From Gonapodya sp. JEL0774 (Eukaryota): 26,752 nucleotides of DNA. The stretch is from the NCBI GenBank assembly GCA_027604505.1, contig JADIIX010000093.1, forward strand, positions 62,001 to 88,752. The letters run 5' to 3'. The notes under the pieces are model-generated. The model was not told the origin of the DNA and did no database searches. It saw only the letters and a program-made list of their open reading frames with translations. This document shows positions 21,379-26,752 of this stretch, one piece after another (position 1 is the first letter of the stretch; every line of letters starts with the position of its first letter). A program made the position numbers and the translations under genes.

Positions 21379-23431
21379 ATGCGAAATATCTCACTCGACC
21401 TGATTTTCCTCCTCGGAATCTTTCTTTCATGCCCCCCGTTACCTACGTACGCGCAGTCCAACGCTGCACAATGTAACATTATCGAGGATTTGTATTCGAA
21501 AAGTGGAATGCGACAACCGTGGACGGCCGGCAACTGTTGCGGGGTCAAAGTTCTGCTGATATCGATTACCTGCGATGCAACAGGCAGCATAACGCGCTTA
21601 CAACTGACAGGTGCGAATCTCAAAGGAGCATTCCCCTCACTCGTGTCACTGGTTAAGGTGAGTTCTTGACGTTTCGTTGATCATAAATTCACGCTCTCAC
21701 GATTATTGGAATTCCCGCTCTCCGGACTTCCGAAGCTTACTTCTCTGGATCTCAGTGGAAGCGATCTCGTAGGAAACATCGATGGGCGACTCCCTTCGAA
21801 TCTGACCGCTTGCACGATCAAGTCAGTTACATCGAACACCGGTGTCTTTTCATGCACGAACGACTTCCCCAAGGCCTGTCAGACCACAGGACCTTTTGCA
21901 GTTTCGGTGGGAGGATCCAATTGTATCACAGCGACCACTTCGCGCACTACTACTCAGCAAAGAGTAACAACCACCTCGCAGAGGACAACCACGCTCGGCA
22001 ATCGAGTGACCACAACAACAACAACATCGTCAGTCGGTGCTCCCCAGAGTGTTGCATTGTCTTCTCGTACTACTCGCGCGACCACTACTGTGTCGAGGAC
22101 CCAATCTCAAGTGGTTACGTCTTTCAGTTCTTCTGTAGTCACAACTTCGCTTCTTCCTGCTGTGACTGGTGTAACCGCCGCTGCGGAGAGCTCTGGGACT
22201 CCCCCCTCGGAATCGAATGCTGGATTGGTTGGAGGTGTCGTTGCGGGTGTTTTGGTGGGAGTTGGGGCCGTGGGCATTTTGGTGGCCCGTAGTCGCAGGC
22301 GACACCGCAAATGTGAGAACAAACTGGCCTCCCGTTTTCGGCTGTGTACGATCCTTGACTTCACGCCGCCTTCCTTGTAGCCCAAAGTGAAGCCCGACCA
22401 CCAGATTCTTGGGACCCGCAAGTCCTCGGGAGCAATCTCGCCCTCCCGCCCACGAACTTCTCCAGAGCCACTGTCACATCCTTCAACGACGCCAGCACCA
22501 TCGCAACTAAGGATGTCAGGCACACGTTTTCCTTCGCGCGCTCCCTTGCGCCCTCTCTCTCCTCCCTGTCTTCATCAATGATATCCCACGGACCATTTCG
22601 TAACCCATCCCCGCCGAATAGTTATTATGCTGGTCCCCAAATGTCTCCAAGTGGCTTTCTTCCAATGTCTGGCGAGCGAACACATTGGGCATTTGCACAC
22701 CTGGTACCACCAATTCACCACAACCAGTCATCCTACGATGTCGCGGGAAACATGAAGTTTCCAGCGAATGCGGAGGTCAGAATTAGATCTGATATTTGGG
22801 ATACTGGGGCTCTGATTTAATCGTCTAAAAACTACTGTTTGAATCCGCGCACAGTATCAGCCATCTGCACCCGACGAGATTGAAATCACTCCTGGCGAGT
22901 GGATTCAAATCAAGACAGTCTTTCGGGACGGTTGGTGCTACGGCCTCAACACTGATCGTGGAGTATCAGGCTTGTTGCCAATGTGAGTGTATACTCTCGC
23001 GGTACGATGATCGGATGAAAATATGGATTGGTTTTCATCGTTCGACCTTCAGGGATGCTCTTGCCATCAAAGGCGGTGATCACTCATCTATACCGAGCAC
23101 AAGATTTGAGTCCAAAGTGCTAGCTCCCAGGTCTTCTGCCCGAGTTCCCCTCTCTGCGATCTCAGCACCGCCAGCGTCGTATGGTGGACTTGGGAGTCGC
23201 TCGGCGTCGATAATACCCCTCCCACCCATCAGCTCAAACAATCAAGAAGAACTCAGCTTCAGGTCGGAGGTTATTCAATATGGATCGGGCGTACTCTTGC
23301 CGTCGCCCACTCACTTTGAAGCAGATCGACTGAATGTTGCCAGCAGGCCTGACAACATACGGAAGAGCTATGCCAGCAGTCACATGGAACTTCGTTTTGG
23401 TGACGAATCAGATGGGACCTTCAGTACCTAG
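21379..23431 (+). CDS. LRR receptor-like type I membrane protein with cytoplasmic SH3 (paralog A); exons about 21379-21657, 21736-22312, 22381-22775, 22855-22982, 23053-23431
   Basis: Signal peptide MRNISLDLIFLLGIFLSCPPLPTYAQ; Cys N-cap (W..GNCCG...ITCDATGSITRLQL); plant-type LRRs (LQLTGANLKGAFP, LTSLDLSGSDLVGNI); Thr-rich stalk; TM GLVGGVVAGVLVGVGAVGILVA followed by RSRRR; SH3 exon YQPSAPDEIEITPGEWIQIKTVFRDGWCYGLNTDRGVSGLLPM, which the ORF track misses. Confidence 0.82.
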
Positions 23432-23921
23432 TTACATTCCCACATTGTCTAGATTAGACGTGGTTTCGCGGACTTGCGGAAATCTAATGAATCGAGAGGG
23501 ATACGCACTAGGTTGATTGTACCCTATGATTATATGATGAGTATCGTGTTTCCGATTCCCCAACTGCAGGTTGGAGAGACGTCCCACACTCGATTTCACC
23601 TAGAATTGTGCCGTTTACGGTTCTGGATGTTCGAAAGAATGAAAAGGCTTGATACAGGAGTTGAGGACCGTTGGGTGGTGGAGTCGCACTATTATGTTTT
23701 ACGCCACGAGGAGATTCGATCAGCCGTGGTTGACTGTGGAGATGTAAACTCAAAATACTGCGTTTGTTTGCGTTTTGATCCTGGACCCTCACAGGGCATA
23801 GGAGTGCGTGAACAGTTCTCCGCCTCGTTGCTCTATTGCACTTTTGCAAAACTTTCTTCGAATTTCAGTGATTTCGTCTGTTCTGATTGCTTTCACGGCC
23901 GTCGCAACAGGTAGAGGAACG

Positions 23922-26433
23922 ATGGGATCGAAACCCATCTGGTGCCTGACAGGTTATGTCGCTGCAGTGGCACTCATTCTTATCACTGCTCCTGCTCGGA
24001 CTCTGGCGCAATCATACGCACCCGATTGTGCAATTCTCGAGGGTCTGTATACTCAGAGTGGAAGTGTCGCGGTGTGGACTATTGGGAGCTGCTGTGGGAC
24101 CTCCACGTATTCAATTACAATAAGCTGTGATGGAAACGGGCGTGTGGTTGAAGCTCATATAACGCAGGCCCAATTGGGAGGGACGATTCCATCTCTGGCG
24201 AGTTTGACTCAGGTGGGCAGTTTGACCCCCCCCCCCCATGTTGATGATAGAGGAAGTCGAATGGGCTTCAGAACAATTGGTAACCAATCACTTTTCCATC
24301 CTCGAAGCTGCAAACTCTTGATCTCAGCAACAATAATTTTGTTGGAAACGTACCCAATCTCCTCTCGAATGTGGGCAGAGTGAAGACAGTCCATGTTATG
24401 ATTCGAAGAAGACGAACCATTGACACCGACTTGCATTTACGAATCACTCTCCCAGACCCTTCTGTCCAAAATAAACCTTCAACGCAATAACCTGGCAGGA
24501 AATATCGATGGTCTCCTACCGAACACGTTGTCCGATTGTGCTATCACCTCCGGTACTTCGAACAAGGGTCTTTACTCGTGCACGAACAATTTTCCCGCAT
24601 CCTGTCAAAAGACAGGTGATTCTGCTATCCCAGTTGGTGGAACAGGTTGTACCGTGGCGTCACCTCCGCCACCCTCTGCTACTTCCGCTGTTGTACCACC
24701 ACCCAGTCCTGCAGGTGGAACATCCGCAATGGGTACCGCCACCGCAATTGCTCCTCCGCCTCCCGGGGCCATTACTGGCTCACTTCTTCCTAGCGCTACA
24801 TCCACCGCTTATATTTCCCAACCACCCGTTGTATCTGCTTTGACATCAGTGACGGCGACTGGTACAAGCGGCTCGACGAACAGCATTGCAGCGTCTGCAC
24901 CTGGTGGCGCAGGCTCGCCACCACCACCGGGCGCAACATCCAATCCGTCTGGCTCGGTATCTGGAACAGGTCCTGGCAGTTCTACCCCTACTGCTGGATC
25001 TCCAGTATCTTCAGACACGGGATCTGGTAATGTACGGAACGACAACGGCGGCGCTAACGCAACTGCAAGTGGAGGAAGCACGGGATCCAATCCGGCGGGT
25101 GGAATCAGCGCGGGTGTGATTGCTGGAGGGGTGGTCGGTGCACTGGTTCTCATTGGCGGTGTCATTGGAGCCATCGTCTACTCGTCGAGACGGAGAAAAG
25201 GTGCGCCACATTGCGAGTAGCGAAGTTTCAGATACATATCGAAAGTATAACCTCGATTGATGGCGTATGATCAGGTTACTCCAAATCCCCTCACCATGAA
25301 CAATCCGACGACCTTCTCCCCCTCCCACCCACCTCCTTTTCCTCCCATTTACATTCTTATAGCGCGAGCGAGACAGTCACAAGCGGTCGCATCTCGCCCT
25401 CTGGCGGTGCTCTCGACCGACAATCTCATGGCAGTACCACAACCACCTCCCTTAGCGCGCATTTCTCCATCAATCGACAGATGGAACAAGACGCTAATAT
25501 ATCCGGGGAGCCACCACACTGGGCATTCGAGCAATTGGTACCTCCATTGTTCCATGGAAGGTCAGCGTACGATATTCCAGGAAATCTGCAGTTCCAAGCG
25601 CACTCTGCGGTGAGTCTGCCGATTGTTTACAGTGGTTCGCCCAAATGTCCAAATGGAGCACTCTCTAATCATATCCCACATACCGCCTCGTCGCACGTTT
25701 TACCCTAGTACGAGCCGAGCAACGCAGACGAGGTCGGTCTCAGTGTAGGAGACTGGTTGAAGGTCAAAAAGGTTTTCCGGGACGGGTGGTGCTACGTGCT
25801 GAATGTCGATCGGGAGGAAATGGGTTTAGCACCAATGTGAGATCAGTTTGCCACGGCACTTATATGTGTTGAGTCTGATTTCGTGCTCGTCTCTCTGGTA
25901 CTCATCGCTCATGTCTAACAATTCGCGATCGCAATGACTCCCGTCCGATTTCAAGGGACTGCTTGTTCATCCAAGAAGGCGCCGACCCTGGTGGTGCCTT
26001 TATGACTTCCGTCAGCATGCGATTTGAATCACGGAACATTGCCAAATCTGCCATCATGTCGCGCCAACAGATATCGATCCCCTCGGCTCCCCTACCTGCT
26101 TATAATCAAGGTGTTACATCGAGTTACTCGTCCGGCACAATGAGATCGGCCGACGGAGGGTCAAGTCGATTGTCTGGATCCAGATTAACGGGCTCCGGGA
26201 CGGTGGTGGAGACCGGAACAGTACAATCGAATGTGAGCAAGAGGACAAACCCATTGAGCTTCTCAAGCGGGGGCTCGGTTGTGGGGTCCGTAAATGCCGT
26301 GAGCGGATCTTCGAGAGTTTCAGTGGAACAGGCGAACTCATCACGATTATCTGCACACCCTGCGAGTGAAAACTTTACAGAAAAACGCGTCAGAGGCCCC
26401 CCTGGTGTTGCGAAATCGTCAGTGGGATTCTGA
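23922..26433 (+). CDS. LRR receptor-like type I membrane protein with cytoplasmic SH3 (paralog B); exons about 23922-24212, 24308-24370, 24456-25200, 25275-25609, 25709-25836, 25956-26433
   Basis: Signal peptide; Cys N-cap (WTIGSCCG...ISCDGNGRVVEAHI); LRRs ITQAQLGGTIP, LQTLDLSNNNFVGNVP and LSKINLQRNNLAGNI; Pro/Ser/Gly/Thr stalk; TM AGVIAGGVVGALVLIGGVIGAIVY followed by SSRRRK; SH3 exon YEPSNADEVGLSVGDWLKVKKVFRDGWCYVLNVDREEMGLAPM. The SH3 exon is 128 bp with the same intron phases as in paralog A. Confidence 0.82.
24226..24237. repeat. C12 homopolymer within the first intron of paralog B
   Basis: Directly visible run of 12 C. Confidence 0.85.
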
Positions 26434-26752
26434 CAAAATGCGCCTGAGAGTGGGGTTCAAGTTGACTCATTCGGGACTATGTCATGGCGTGAAGGAAGAA
26501 GGTTGCGAGGGCAATTCAGCGATAGAATAGTAGTCACACTTACCCTAAGAAAGATACCACCTCGTAGGCACGCAGGTTTTGCTTTGAAATACAGATTAGC
26601 CCACGCATATGTACCGTGATAATATAGTTGTGGATCCCAGTCATGAATTACACTCATGTCAGTCGGTTCTTGTATGGTTGTTGCACAATTTTTACTTGTC
26701 CAGTCCAAATGCAGTTTGGAAGGTATTCTCAGCATAACCTCAAACTGTGGTA

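Noticed and set aside
21930..22150. ACA/ACC/ACT-rich pseudo-repeats
   Set aside because: These are simply the codons of the Thr-rich stalk, not a DNA repeat array or CRISPR.
25214..25219. Possible GC-AG donor (GCGAGT) in paralog B
   Set aside because: A canonical GT donor at 25201 has the same phase and gives a normal 74-bp intron, so there is no need to invoke GC-AG.
26457..26735. 92-aa minus-strand ORF at the window end
   Set aside because: It has no motif and is AT-richer, UTR-like sequence; it cannot be assessed without flanking sequence.
1..26752. Prokaryotic systems (CRISPR, operons, defence islands), tRNA and rRNA
   Set aside because: The sequence is eukaryotic with spliceosomal introns, and I saw no repeat-spacer array, cloverleaf or rRNA signature.

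Overview
Gene-dense, intron-containing eukaryotic DNA with short GT-AG introns. The gene content suggests an early-diverging, chytrid-like fungus; this assignment is an inference. From left to right: (1) a proteobacterial-type nitroreductase with one 72-bp intron (-); (2) a single-pass membrane protein with a catalytically degenerate CE4/NodB (chitin deacetylase-like) ectodomain, Ser/Thr stalk, TM helix, cytoplasmic SH3 and SHOCT-like tail (-); (3) a short decayed Cys/His-rich remnant, possibly from a KDZ/Zisupton-type transposase (+); (4) an unprocessed 8-exon eIF2-gamma pseudogene with frameshifts, stops and a broken P-loop (-); (5) POM33/TMEM33 (+); (6) Mediator MED16/SIN4 (+); (7) a P4-ATPase flippase with large insertions and a non-canonical TM4 motif (-); (8-9) a tandem pair of receptor-like genes with signal peptide, plant-type LRR ectodomain, Ser/Thr stalk, TM and SH3 (+). 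The most interesting signal is three kinase-less surface proteins that share a TM + atypical SH3 module but carry different ligand-binding-type ectodomains, which suggests a modular fungal receptor family. All gene models were spliced by eye and all family assignments come from recalled motifs, not database searches.
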